A stretch of DNA of 46,316 nucleotides. Source: Veleropilina oligotropha. Taxonomy: Eukaryota. The notes under the pieces were generated by a model, which was given only the letters and a program-made list of their open reading frames with translations, did not search any database and was not told the origin of the DNA. The DNA lies in assembly GCA_048128005.1 (NCBI GenBank), contig JBEUKZ010000020.1, positions 62,001 to 108,316 of the forward strand, in the 5' to 3' direction. Positions 1 through 11,445 of this stretch are shown one piece after another (the first letter of the stretch is position 1; every line of letters begins with the position of its first letter). The translations under genes and the position numbers were made by a program.

Positions 1-133
1 AGAGTCGACGGTAAATCTCTATAACGGCCCAATCAGCGGGACGTTATTGCCATTAGTGGTCCTTCGTTATGTCACGTGACGTGTGATCATGTGACCGGTG
101 CCATTTACACAAAATCTAGCAGACGACATTTAC

Positions 134-1910
134 AACTAGCAAATCCTGGACCCCGCAAGTCGAGGGGGTGCATCCCGGTCCACGGTGGCCATCAGGAATC
201 AGAGACCCTGCAAGTCGAGGGGGTGTATCCCGGTCCACGGTGGCCATCAGGAATCCGACCTCGACCCCGCAAGGCGAGGGGGTGTATCCCCTTCCACGGT
301 GGCCATCAGGAATCAGAGACCCTGCAAGTCGAGGGGGTGTATCCCGGTCCACGGTGGCCATCAGGAATCAGAGACCCTGCAAGTCGAGGGGGTGCATCCC
401 GGTCCACGGTGGCCATCAGGAATCAGAGACCCTGCAAGGCGAGGGGGTGTATCCCGGTCCACGGTGGCCATCAGGAATCAGAGACCCTGCAAGGCGAGGG
501 GGTGTATCCCGGTCCACGGTGGCCATCAGGAATCAGAGACCCTGCAAGTCGAGGGGGTGTATCCCGGTCCACGGTGGCCATCAGGAATCAGAGACCCTGC
601 AAGTCGAGGGGGTGTATCCCGGTCCACGGTGGCCATCAGGAATCAGAGACCCTGCAAGTCGAGGGGGTGTATCCCGGTCCACGGTGGCCATCAGGAATCA
701 GAGACCCTGCAAGGCGAGGGGGTGTATCCCGGTCCACGGTGGCCATCAGGAATCAGAGACCCTGAAAGTCGAGGGGGTGCATCCCGGTCCACGGTGGCCA
801 TCAGGAATCAGAGACCCTGCAGGTCGAGGGGGTGTATCCCGGTCCACGGTGGCCATCAGGAATCAGAGACCCTGCAGGTCGAGGGGGTGTATCCCGGTCC
901 ACGGTGGCCATCAGGAATCAGAGACCCTGCAAGTCGAGGGGGTGCATCCCCCTTCCACCGTGGCCATCAGGAATCCGACCTCGACCCCGCAAGTCGGGGG
1001 GGTATCCCCTTCCACGGTGGCCATCAGGAATCCGACCTCGACCCCGCAAGGCGAGGGGGTGTATCCCCTTCCACGGTGGCCATCAGGAATCCGACCTCGA
1101 CCCCGCAAGGCGAGGGGGTGTATCCCCTTCCACGGTGGCCATCAGGAATCAGAGACCCTGCAAGTCGAGGGGGTGTATCCCCTTCCACGGTGGCCATCAG
1201 TGGCGACTAACATGCATAATCAAATGGGATTAAAAATTTTCACTGTGGAGCACGCAAAAGAAATCGCTTCAAACAAAACTCTTCAAACAAAATGGCTGCC
1301 ACGACGTCCATCTTGAAAACAAAAACAAAACAAATCATTATGCGACATGTCCTCATCATACCAAATGTGTATGTCAAATTTGAAATAAATCTGATATTAA
1401 CTTTTCACTTTAGAGTGGGCACAAGAAATCTCATCATACAAAATGGCCGCCGTGGTGGCCATCTTGGATCCAAAAACAACTAAAATTGTTAGGCGGTGTG
1501 TCCTCATTATAAGTAATGCGCATACCAAATTTGAATCACCTTGGATAATAACTTTTCACTGTAGAGCTCGCACAAGAAATCTCATCAAACAAAAATGCCG
1601 CCATGGTGGCCATCTTGGATTGGAAAACGACGAAAATCTTTAGGCGGCATGTCCACATAATAACAAACGTGCATAACAAACATGAATCAAATCGGATAAT
1701 AACTTTTCACTGTAGAGTGCGCACAAGAAATCTCTCCAAACAAACATCTTGGATCCGAACATAACTGACGTGCACACCAAATTTGAATCAATTCGGATTA
1801 GAACCTTTCACTGCAGAGCGCACACAAGAAATCTCTGCGGCGGACACGGCGGCGGCTGAACGATGTCTAAACCATACTATCCCTGGAATGTTACATTTCG
1901 GGGATACAAT
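134..1910 (+). mobile_element. Non-autonomous HINE/Helentron-like element with internal tandem arrays (55-bp array, then ~150-bp diverged repeats)
   Basis: Begins AACTAG with a short GC hairpin (ccccgcaagtcgagggg). About four ~150-bp units (aaaatggccgcc...ggccatcttggat...caaatttgaat...ttttcactgtagag...cacaagaaatctc) lie at ~1290-1835, followed by gcggcgg repeats and a 3' hairpin atccctggaatgttacatttcggggat. Class assignment is by architecture only. Confidence 0.5.
149..1200. repeat. Minisatellite, 55-bp unit with a ~60-bp variant, ~19 copies
   Basis: Unit gtcgagggggtgtatcccggtccacggtggccatcaggaatcagagaccctgcaa; period 55 (e.g. cctgcaag at 321 and 376). Confidence 0.95.
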
Positions 1911-1974
1911 TACCGGTACTAGAATTTTGCAATCACACAGTGGATTAAAAAAACTAGACTATATTAGTATAATC

Positions 1975-2118
1975 ATGAATCAGGAAGCGTTTGAACTTTC
2001 CAGCGATCTTGGTGAAGAGGAGCTGAGAGATTCAGAGTTTAGCGCAAGATCGGATTCGATGCAGAAGGCCACTACATATGGAGTGAGGAAATTCAACCAG
2101 TGACTTACAAAACGAGAA
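1975..2118 (+). pseudogene. Fragment resembling the N-terminus of a Crypton-type (DUF3504-like) tyrosine recombinase
   Basis: Translates MNQEAFELSSDLGEEELRDSEFSARSDSMQKATTYGVRKFNQ*LTKRE, similar to the 'T.KaT..gv..F..Wl' motif with W mutated to stop; cut off by a SINE. Confidence 0.4.
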
Positions 2119-2123
2119 CTTGA

Positions 2124-2385
2124 GGAAAGGAAAAGGAAAGGATCGTTGCTTAATGTCCTGTATATTTCCAACCATCATTTGGTTCAAACCAGGACATGTC
2201 CATATTATCGCAGGAGGAAAGCCCGGTCGCCCGGGGAAACCGGCCCTCTCCGACCAGTTACGGACAACTGTGAATCATAACTTGAACAAATGTGTGCTGC
2301 CCCTGCCGAGGTTGGAACCCACTACTGTTCGCGTCATTGGAATCAAGCCAGTGATTTTCGGAGTCTCCGACCGAACCCACACGTC
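2124..2385 (-). mobile_element. tRNA-derived SINE (same family as 4810-5056)
   Basis: Reverse complement aligns along its length with 4810-5056 (cagtagtgggttc, ttgttcaagttatga, cacagttgtccgt, ggacatgtcctg, aaatatacaggacattaagca); (CCTTT)-type tail. Confidence 0.8.
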
Positions 2386-2446
2386 GAGCTAGAGTGGGTT
2401 TTATTCTGCGACCGAACCCACACGTCTGCGATTATTCTTTTATAGT

Positions 2447-2620
2447 ATCTGATAATAATAGTAATAACATGATTTTGGCGGGTGTTATGCTGTTTTATTG
2501 ACCCTTCATGAATGATTATCGGCCCTCGAGTCAAGATTGTCGGGCCGATAATCATTCATGTCAGGCCAATAAAACAGCACAATACCCACCAAAACCATGT
2601 TATTACTATTATTATCAGAT
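2447..2620. repeat. ~174-bp near-perfect palindrome (MITE-like foldback)
   Basis: atctgataataatagtaataacatg...atgaatgattatcggccc [loop] gggccgataatcattcat...catgttattactattattatcagat. Confidence 0.85.
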
Positions 2621-2648
2621 TCGTGGCTGAAATAACATACAGATAATT

Positions 2649-2905
2649 GGATAACTATGAATATCAGACAGTGGGATAACTATGAATATCAGACAGCGGG
2701 ATAACTATGAATATCAGACAGCAGGATAACTATGAATATCAGACAGCGGGATAACTATGAATATCAGACAGCGGGATAACTATGAATATCAGACAGCGGG
2801 ATAACTATGAATATCAGACAGTGGGATAACTATGAATATCAGACAGTGGGATAACTATGAATATCAGACAGTGGGATAACTATGAATATCAGACAGTGGG
2901 ATAAC
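2649..2905. repeat. Minisatellite, 25-bp unit, ~10 copies, immediately downstream of an ankyrin exon donor
   Basis: Unit gggataactatgaatatcagacag(t/c). Confidence 0.95.
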
Positions 2906-2914
2906 AGCGGTTAC

Positions 2915-3013
2915 CTTCTCCTGACCGTTGATGTCCGACTTGGCGTCGATCAGCGTCTTCAAGATGTCAGAATGCCCTCGCATAGCAGCATGATGTATCG
3001 CCAAGTTGCCTCG
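2915..3013 (-). CDS. Ankyrin-repeat protein, coding exon 3 (one 33-aa repeat); gene continues left of the window
   Basis: ttttgtag|RGNLAIHHAAMRGHSDILKTLIDAKSDINGQEK|gtaacc; 99 bp, phase 0/0, ankyrin consensus. Confidence 0.92.
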
Positions 3014-3236
3014 CTACAAAATCAAAAAAACGAGTTTACAATTTGTCATGTTTTATTTCTCAACCATTTATCCACTTTCGTCAAGATACATTTATTTTTC
3101 TACCTCTGCAAAATTTAATGGAAAGGTTTTGAACAGGCCGCTCCGACAACAGTGTGGTTTTGGTTGTGGACTCTGAAAAATCTTTGGTTTGATTCCGCTG
3201 ACATGAACCACGGTTGGGACATGACATTTATTTATA

Positions 3237-3320
3237 TGTCCATGTTATGAATTACAGTTGTCCGTAACTGTCAGAGAAGGCCCCGGCGGCCACGCTTTCC
3301 TCTCACTGTAATATTGAACA
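3237..3320 (+). mobile_element. Degenerate SINE fragment (family of 4810-5056)
   Basis: gttatgaattacagttgtccgtaactg...tttcctc matches the SINE core. Confidence 0.5.
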
Positions 3321-3787
3321 TAATGATGGATTGTGAAACTGTTCCAAAGCAGGGATCGAATATGGCCCACGGCACTACGGCATTTGCAGTAGGTGCCTTT
3401 ATTACTGGCCGTGGTGTCCCCATAAAATGAACTATGTCCACGGCCATAAATAGCCGTAATTGCCCTTCCTAATATCCGTAGTGTCTTTCCTATGTGTTAG
3501 CAGGCCTTCTCCAAATTTTACAAGTATACAAATTTAATCAGATAACATCCTCAAATATATATTCATATTCTATCGGTACTTTCCGTTTCCCGGGCGTACA
3601 TTGGGTTATCTCCCTGTGCTGCACTCTCCAACAAAAAGAGTAAGAATACTCACCGACATGTATGATTGCGAAATCATGCTTCTGCGTGGGAGAGTTGACA
3701 TTCAATGACAGCAGGATGTTTGTTCGACCATTACTACGCGAATGACGCCAGCAATGAATTTGTTAACAGGACAGTCGACTCATCTTA

Positions 3788-4593
3788 GTCACGGACATGC
3801 ACTCATATTGTCTGAGTCACGAATATGCACTCACATTGCCTGGGTCACGAACATGCACTCACATTGTCTGAGTCACGAACATGCACTCACATTTCCTGAG
3901 TCACGAACATGCCCTCACATTGCCCGAGTCACGGACATGCACTCACATTGCCTGGGTCACGAACATGCACTCACATTGCCTGAGTCACAAACATGCACTC
4001 ACATTGCCAGAGTCACGGACATGCACTCACATTGCCTGGGTCACAAACATGCACTCACATTGTCTGAGTCATGAACATGCACTCACATTGTCTGAGTCAC
4101 GAACATGCACTCACATTGCCCGAGTCACGGGCATGCACTCACATTGCCTGGGTCACGAACATGCACTCACATTGCCTGAGTCATGAACATGCACTCACAT
4201 TGCGTGAGTCACGAACATGCACTCACATTGCCAGAGTCACGGACATGCACTCACATTGCCTGGGTCACAAACATGCACTCACATTGCCTGGGTCACGAAC
4301 ATGCACTCACATTGCCTGAGTCATGAACATGCACTCACATTGCCTGAGTCACGAACATGCACTCACATTGCCCGAGTCACGGACATGCACTCACATTGCC
4401 TGGGTCACGACATGCACTCACATTGCCTGAGTCACGAACATGCACTCACATTGCCTGAGTCACGAACATGCACTCACATTGTCTGAGTCACGGACATGCA
4501 CTCACATTGCCTGAGTCACGAACATGCACTCACATTGCCTGAGTCACGGACATGCAATCACATTGCCTGGGTCACGGACATGCACTCACATTG
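3788..4593. repeat. Minisatellite, 28-bp unit, ~29 copies, overlapping the exon 2 splice donor
   Basis: Unit gaacatgcactcacattgcctgagtcac; period 28 (acatgc at 3851 and 3879). Confidence 0.95.
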
Positions 4594-4685
4594 TCCTGCG
4601 CATTGACATCACAGTTGGCGTCCAATAGCATCTCCACCACTTCTGGTTTTCCTTGCGAAGCGACATGTATCGCACACGAATCATG
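4590..4685 (-). CDS. Ankyrin-repeat protein, coding exon 2
   Basis: gctttcag|HDSCAIHVASQGKPEVVEMLLDANCDVNAQDN|gtgagt; 96 bp, phase 0/0, joins exons 1 and 3 in frame. Confidence 0.92.
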
Positions 4686-4809
4686 CTGAAAGCAACAGGC
4701 AAAGTGCAGTGAGGTGATACGAATACGGTTAATTTAACGACCACAATTGGACAATTTATCGGCTGTATTTGCATCTGGAGCCTCGCTTCAATGTCTCCTT
4801 TCAAAAGTC

Positions 4810-5056
4810 GGCAGCGCAGTGGGTAGAGTGTCCACTCTAAATTCACTGGCTTGATTCCGCTAATGCGAACAGTAGTGGGTTCAATACCTGGCTGAGGCAT
4901 TGAAATTTGTTCAAGTTATGAATCACAGTTGTCCGTGACTGGCCGAAGAGGGCGGGTTTACCCGGGCGACCGGGGTTTCCTCCCGCGATTACACGGACAT
5001 GTCCTGCATTGAACCTTGATGTTGTAAATATACAGGACATTAAGCATCATTCCGCC
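4810..5056 (+). mobile_element. Full-length tRNA-derived SINE with 15-bp TSD
   Basis: A-box-like ggcagcgcagtgg, B-box-like gggttcaatacc, V/Meta-like core cccgggcgaccggggtttcctccc; flanked by ctcctttcaaaagtc at 4795-4809 and 5057-5071. Confidence 0.85.
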
Positions 5057-5401
5057 CTCCTTTCAAAAGTCATAGTTAGAGAGCTACCTCAGGTTCAATT
5101 ACAATTTTAAGTACAATAGGTTTGATTATCGCCACCTACTGGTGTGAACAAGTGTCGCATTTCTGGAGTTATAGCGTGATGGTCACTCAAATTGCCACAA
5201 ATATTTAATTATACTGTCGCTTACAAGTTTGAAACTTGGTACAATAATAGTATTAACAATGGATTACAAAAATCCAATTCAAGAAAATAATATGTCTGGC
5301 GTTTTTAAATAAGACCGGTCATTGAGTGCATCGACTGACCACCAAAACGTCTTTCAATTACTCTTTCGTGTACAAGTCTGAAACTTGGTAGAATAATAGT
5401 A

Positions 5402-5641
5402 ATATGAGGTTTTAAGGTAAACCTAATATTAGTTAAAACATACTTACGTCCTTACTCTTGCCATAATAGTCATATTATCGCTAACCGGAAACAGTGAATA
5501 AAGTCACATTTATGCACTAATTAAGTCAAAATATACCACGATCACCTCCCCTGCTTCCCCTCTCTAAGTTCCTCCAGCGAGATCTCGCCAAGTCTCGCGA
5601 GACATCCGGGCTATCAAGTCACCAGACATCAATTCAAAGTT
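5402..5641 (-). repeat. DIRS right (3') ITR plus right extension
   Basis: 5441-5641 is the exact reverse complement of 12523-12723; 5402-5440 is the unique extension that pairs with the ICR. Confidence 0.93.
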
Positions 5642-5699
5642 CAGAACCCCAAAGGAACTTAGCAGAGGGGAGGAATGCGAAGCAGGGTGGGTAATCGTG

Positions 5700-5789
5700 G
5701 TAAGGACGTAAGTATGTTTTAACTAATATTAGGTTTACCTTAAAACCTCATATGTAGTTACAAACTTACTTACGTCCTTACTCTTGCCA
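5700..5789 (-). repeat. DIRS internal complementary region (ICR)
   Basis: 5700-5753 = revcomp of 5402-5455; 5750-5789 = revcomp of 12701-12740; the halves overlap at ATAT (5750-5753). Confidence 0.95.
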
Positions 5790-6719
5790 GAATAACCTTG
5801 GATAGGTGGGTAAGAAGTTCCTTACAGCAAACCCAAACAAGATAATGACTTACTATTCACCATGTCAATCAGCTCGAAGCGTCGATTGTGTCCGCACAGA
5901 GTGGAATTTTCTGAGAATTATATTCAACTCTTACCAAGCGAGAATTTCGACCAGTGTTACCGGGAGAATACGCCGTGGTGTTAGACGGACGAGGTGAACG
6001 GAAGTGCAATCAGCCCCAGGCACGGCCGGAAGGATGAATCCCTGTAGGTCTTACGTGTCATGGACCAGTGGCAGCCAAATGGTACTCCTGGCCAAAGGCC
6101 GGTAGCCAGAGGATGCAGTCGGATTTGTAAGCACACGGAACCTAATAGGTTGTGAAAGCGTGAAATCAAAGCAAAAAATTAATAGATTAAATAAATAATC
6201 GATATTAATAATTGATTCGCATGACCAACTTGCGAAACGCTAACACGTACGACATGTCACTTAAAATAATTTTTTTAAGGAAGCAAATATGTACGACATG
6301 TTACTTAAAATAAAATTTAAGGAACCAAATATTAAAATTTTTTTTCCAATGTCTTGAACATCGTATGTTCTATACAGCATAGAACATCAATAATATTGAA
6401 CCTCAAATCAAATAAGATTTTCGCAATATGATTGTTTATTAATTCAATGTAATCTGGCTTGTCAATATACTCAGGTATGACATGAAAGTATCAAGATCTT
6501 AAAATGTTTTTAAGAAATGAACAGACATTGAATCGCCTCATAATGTGTCTATTTCATAGAACAATGAGGCCAACAAATAACAATGCGTCAGCATGAATTA
6601 TGTAAATTGATCAATCAACAAATAATACTCACTGATTAGACGACCTCGGTCTAACAATACATCGTTGAGCAGTTACTAGGGAGACTGCACAATCCATTAG
6701 CCGCATGGAATAATCCCCA

Positions 6720-7620
6720 GAAAAGGCTTAATAAAGACATTTTCGAGAGGCAACGCTGAGAAGTGAATCTGCGAAAACACGGACCTCGTGTGCGCGGAAC
6801 GATACAATAGTGCGTGCGGCCTACTTTTCACAGCGAGAGAAGTCTCTCACTATCTGTGAAAACCTCCGCGAAACAGTTGTCGCGGATACAAGAAGGTAAA
6901 TACGAATAAAATATACGTAGTTTTCTCTGCCGCGCAGCACGGATCCTGTCGAGGTAGTAACGTAGGCACGCCTATGACAGATTCATCGGTCCACATCGGG
7001 TCTCTGACCAGCGCTAGGGGATAACGATATCGGTTGCGTCGTCGATCGGCCGTTGATTCTTGGCGAGGAAACCCAAGATATGACGCCGCATCACCGACCC
7101 GTCGACTGGAAACGAACGTCTCGTAGCTCTGCCTAGACTATGAAATACGGAACAACGCCTGCCCGACGCTAAGGCGATCAGAAAAACCTGTTTTGTGCGT
7201 TAAGTTCCTCATAGAGGACGGGCCCATAGGCTAGTCGGGTAGAAAGAGAGCGTTAAGAATGAGAGCGATGTTTCAGGCTGGCCGAATCGTACGGGTCGAA
7301 ATTTGAGTTCGAAGGATCGCAGAAATCCAAATAGTTCGGTCGCTAGGTAGGCTACCACGGGCACGGCACTCGTGACCGTTGCCCGATAGCTTTGACGGCG
7401 GACACTGACATACCACGTTCAAAGAGCGACGATAAAAACTCAATAAACTTGTTCACAGGGGGCGGAGTATATTGACCTGCCGACTGTGACACCAATCCAC
7501 GTACTTAACCCATCGGTAGTCATAAACTTTAGTCGTGGAAGCCTTCTCGATCGAAAGATGCGTAGGGCTGTTGCGAGAAAATCCTTTCTTAGCAAGGGAT
7601 CGTTCCATAACCGTCAGGCG
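6720..7620 (-). pseudogene. DIRS tyrosine recombinase, multiply frameshifted
   Basis: Fragments STTKVYDYRWVKYVDWC, FIEFLSSLFERGMSVSAVK, FLIALASGRRCS (catalytic Arg box), GFLAKNQRP, RYYLDR, RAHEVR (HxxR, ~6779-6796); catalytic Tyr region not recognisable. Confidence 0.85.
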
Positions 7621-9485
7621 TGTAAACGTAAGTCGTACGGCGATGTTGTAATACACGGCTGCGCGCCTGCATTAAGTAACCGGCCCGGTCTCTGTGGGAG
7701 CGATAACGGTCGGTCGACGATCAGATCGAGGAGGGTCGGAAACCAAGGTTGCGTGCGATATAGGGGCGCGATTAGCGTTATCTGCAACGTTCGTTCGATG
7801 GCTTCTGTAATACCAGTGTTAGAATGCACGACGGGGGGAAGGCATACGCGGACAGATTCTCCCATGTCATTGACAGTGCGGCGACCGCTAGGGCGGCCGG
7901 GTCCGGGTACGGGGAGACATACAGAGGTAGTCGGTAATTAAATTCTGTTGCAAACAGATCGACTCGGGGTTGTGACCACCGGCGACAAACGTCCCGAGCT
8001 ACTCGGCTGTGCAGCTCCACTCTGTGTGTATTATCTGTGATTTCCGAGAGAGCGAATCCGCTCTGACATTCAGCTTTCCCGGGATGTGTCGGGCTCGAAT
8101 CGTCGAGTTGAGGGACATCACTAGGCGGTGTAGGTCTATTGCTCGGTCGCAAAGGGGACGCGAGCGAGTGCCGCCCTGGTGCTGGATGTAAGCGACGACA
8201 GTCGTGTTGTCCGTGGCGAGCATTATGTGCTTGTTGCGGAGATGTGACGAGAGGGACCGTACTGACAGGTAGACGGCTGCTAACTCTAGGAAGTTGATGT
8301 GTCGTCCCTGAAGGTCCGTCGGCCATAGGCCTGATGTCTCGTAACTGTCGAGGTGACCACCCCAGCCGTCGTTCGAAGCGTCTGTGAACAGGTAAGCGTT
8401 CGGCTCTGGCGGGGAGATAGGAACCGACTGGTCCGGCAAAGCAGGGTTCAACCACACTGCTGTTGTGCTGGTAAACCAATGCCGTAGATCGATGCGATCC
8501 GTCCACTGCCCCGTCCGTTGTATCCAGCGATCCCTGAACGCCTGCTGCAACGGTCGTTTGTCCATGTGACCCGTCGGTAGCAGGGTCGCTACCGACTCGA
8601 TGTGCCCTAGGACAGTGGCCAGTTGTCGCGCTGTAGTTACGTCCGATGACAGGGTGTCTTGGATAACCGCGCGTAGGTTCCGCATACGCTTCTGGGTCGG
8701 CTTCGCGGTGTACCGGACCGTATCGAAGACGACGCCGAGGAACGTAAACGTCGTCGAGGGCACGAAGCAGGATTTTGTCTCGTTGATCTGAAATCCCAGG
8801 CGCTTCGTCGATGACAGGGTAAAGCTCGTAGACCGGAGGCACAGATCCCGGGACGCCCCGAGGATCAGCCAGTCGTCGAGGTACATATGTACCCTGTGCC
8901 CTAGAGAGTGTAGGAAGGCCCCTAGGGCCTGTACTGTTCTCGTGAAGACGTAAGGGGCTGACGATAGACCGAACGGTAGGCACCTGAATGGTAGATCGTC
9001 TCCCCGTGTATAAACCGAAGGTACTGATGAGCCGTGACATGCATCGGGACATGCAGATACGCGTCGGTCAGATCGATAGACGCTGCCCAGGCGCCCGGAC
9101 GGATGGCCGCTCGAATCTTCGAGAGGGTTTCGTGCTGGAATTTCTCGGTACGAAGATATCGGTTGAGATATGAGAGATCGAGGATCGGTCTCCAGCGGCC
9201 ATCGGGTTTCGGGACCAGGAAGAAATGGCTGTAAAATCCTGGAGTGCTGGGCGGCGCGGGATATATCTCTCTTTTTAGGAGCAAATCCCGCACTGCCTGG
9301 TCTAAGACCGCTTGTTTCTCTCCGTTTAGGAGGCGAGCGTGTCTTGGTGGTGGTGCCTCGTTTAGGGTCGGATGCCGGTTGAACCAACTTGTATCCGGCA
9401 CTCACGACGGAGGGACCCAGCTACTGTCTGGTAGTCTAGCCACGGCTGGCTGTACGCTAACAGATACGCTTCCACCGGCGGAAGC
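7614..9485 (-). pseudogene. DIRS pol: reverse transcriptase, RNase H and Dam-like adenine methyltransferase, several frameshifts
   Basis: GFYSHFFLVPKPDGRWRPILDL, SIDLTDAYLHVP, then frameshift at ~8990 to CLPFGLSSAP, YLDDWL, LFTDASNDGWG, INFLELAAV, TDNTT, HIPGKLNVRADSLSR, frameshift at ~8015 to DLFAT...AYAFPP, frameshift at ~7780 to IAPLYRTQPWFP. Confidence 0.93.
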
Positions 9486-11445
9486 GGGCAGCTGGGACTG
9501 TCGTGTGTGCCGGCAGCCCTAGGGCCGAGGCTTCCCTCTCCCGTTCTGACGGGAGCTTGTTGGAGGTGCTTGCCTCCTCGGAGTGGGTTAATGGCCGGGG
9601 GCCTACCACCCGAAGAGGGCTTTGCACGCTTGGAAGGCTTCGGGGTCCGGGTGGGCCCTGAGCGCTTCCTCGAGTCGGCAGGTGGACCCCGGGTAGGGTG
9701 CAGTACCGCCTTCTCGATGGCACGGTCCTTCATGTCCGCCGCTCTTTTGTCGACGAACTCCGTAAAGTTGTCGCCAAAAAGAGTGGTGGCCGAGCAAGGC
9801 ACGCATCGCAACGAGCGCCGGGTGGCCTCATCTAGCGAGGTGCCTTCAAGGTAAGCGACCCTACGAAGTAGGAGTGCGTTACCCAGGACACGTCCCGTCT
9901 CCAACGCGTTGGTCTCCATAACGGCAGCAACCTCCTGGAGGAAGGACAGGGCAGCCCACGTGCGCCGGGTCCATCCTCCTGTAATACGGCTATCACCCCG
10001 TCTAGGAAAAATCCTGAACGGACGACAGCCGCAGAGCCCATCGGGCGGAGCTCTCGAAAGCTTCCAAGGCGAACCCAGGAACTCTCGCTACAGAGGGAGT
10101 GTGACTGGCGGGCAGTCAACGCAACGCTGCGTCAACACGAGCCGGCTCAGTCGCCAGGCACGGACCAGTACATGCGAACGGGATCGAACGCGAACTGGCC
10201 CGGAGGTACCTCCCACTACGGAACCCCGAAGGGTACTCGGTCAGTGGGGAGGACTCCACCGGATTGCGCCCCCGACTGAGCTTGGTTGTCGAGTCAACAC
10301 CCGATCAACCAGCCCAGACTGAGGTAAGGAAGGAAGCAAGGGGGCTTCCTTCTCAACAAACCGATGCGCCGCCGTCCTGTGCTTGACCGGGCCTACATAC
10401 GACCGAGTCGGTTCCGGCAGGTCAAGCACCCCGCGAAGTGACGCAACAGCGTCGAGTTCGGCGGGTGGCGGAGGTCGGCTCCTGCGTGCCTGGAAGACGA
10501 CCAGCGTCTTCGGGCCCGACCGATACAGGGAGGTCGGAGTGAGTGGAGTCGAGGTCCTCGTCGGAACGAGGTTCGATCCCCACCACGGAGGCAGGAGCCG
10601 TGCTCTGCGCCACAGGCAGAGGTGTAGGTACCTGGAGCGGCTAGGAAGCCGGTTGCCAGGCCCGACATCGGGACTCGAACTCCGCCGCGAACATAGCCTG
10701 GACGTTCTCTAAAGAGAAACCCGGAGGCATGACGGGCGTCGAACTAACAGCCGGTAGTTCGGTCGAAGTCACCGTGGCGCTAGGTAGACGGGCTGCATGG
10801 ACAGGTGTAGCCGAGAACCCTATTTTAGGGTCTCGGGACACGTGTCGAGTGGTCGAACCCGAAAGAACGGCCCGGAGGCGCGTTCGGTGGGCCGGACGAC
10901 CGGTAGGACTGCGGCAACAGTCCGTATCGGTCTACCACTCTGTTCGCGAGAGGCACGGTCGGAAAACCGCCGTAGAACCCCGTCCCGAACGCAGCCGGTC
11001 TGTCCACGTTCTCTAGCGTGACCATCGTGGGTGCACGGGAGAGAACAGGCCCTCTGAAAAGCTCGTGAGCATCGAGGTTGAGCGGAAAACCCTTAGGGGT
11101 AGTCGCGTCGGTCTCGAACGAGGATTCAGGTGTCGCCGATTGTCCGAGTCTTAGACCTACAAGTAGGTGCCCGGCCTCTTTAAAGGCTTTCTCTGCATTG
11201 AGTCTGTCCCCGTCGCTAGACGGAGAGTTTCTCGCAGAAGGACTAACTGTCCCCTATTCTTCGAGGCCGAAGAAAAGGATGGGGAATGTCTGCCCTGTTC
11301 AGCGGTTCGCTGCTTGCCAGATATACCTTGCTAGCCGGCAAGGTATGGTTGGCTGCAGTTACTAGGCCCGTTTTAGGAGGATCGAACAGCACTCGGGCTC
11401 CTACCTGAATCTGGGGTCCCGGCAAGGTTACGGCGACTCCCCCAT
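9480..11445 (-). pseudogene. DIRS ORF1 (gag-like), fragmented
   Basis: C-terminal fragment NALLLRRVAYLEG...LRCVPCSATTLFG resembles DIRS ORF1; GC-rich Pro/Ser-rich broken ORFs upstream; start uncertain. Confidence 0.6.

Noticed and set aside
76..1316. Long ORFs (229-382 aa) in all three plus frames
   Set aside because: Products of a nearly stop-free 55-bp tandem repeat; the same peptides cycle through frames.
3742..4486. His/Cys-rich ORFs resembling metal-binding proteins
   Set aside because: Translations of the 28-bp minisatellite, antisense to an intron.
7614..8020. Dam-like methyltransferase plus RT plus recombinase as a novel prokaryote-like defence system
   Set aside because: This domain set is the known architecture of DIRS1-group retrotransposons.
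7778..9052. 424-aa ORF as a separate overlapping gene
   Set aside because: Only its last ~80 aa (methyltransferase part) are recognisable and are the frameshifted continuation of pol; the rest is an alternative frame of GC-rich RT sequence, although overlapping ORFs do occur in DIRS elements.
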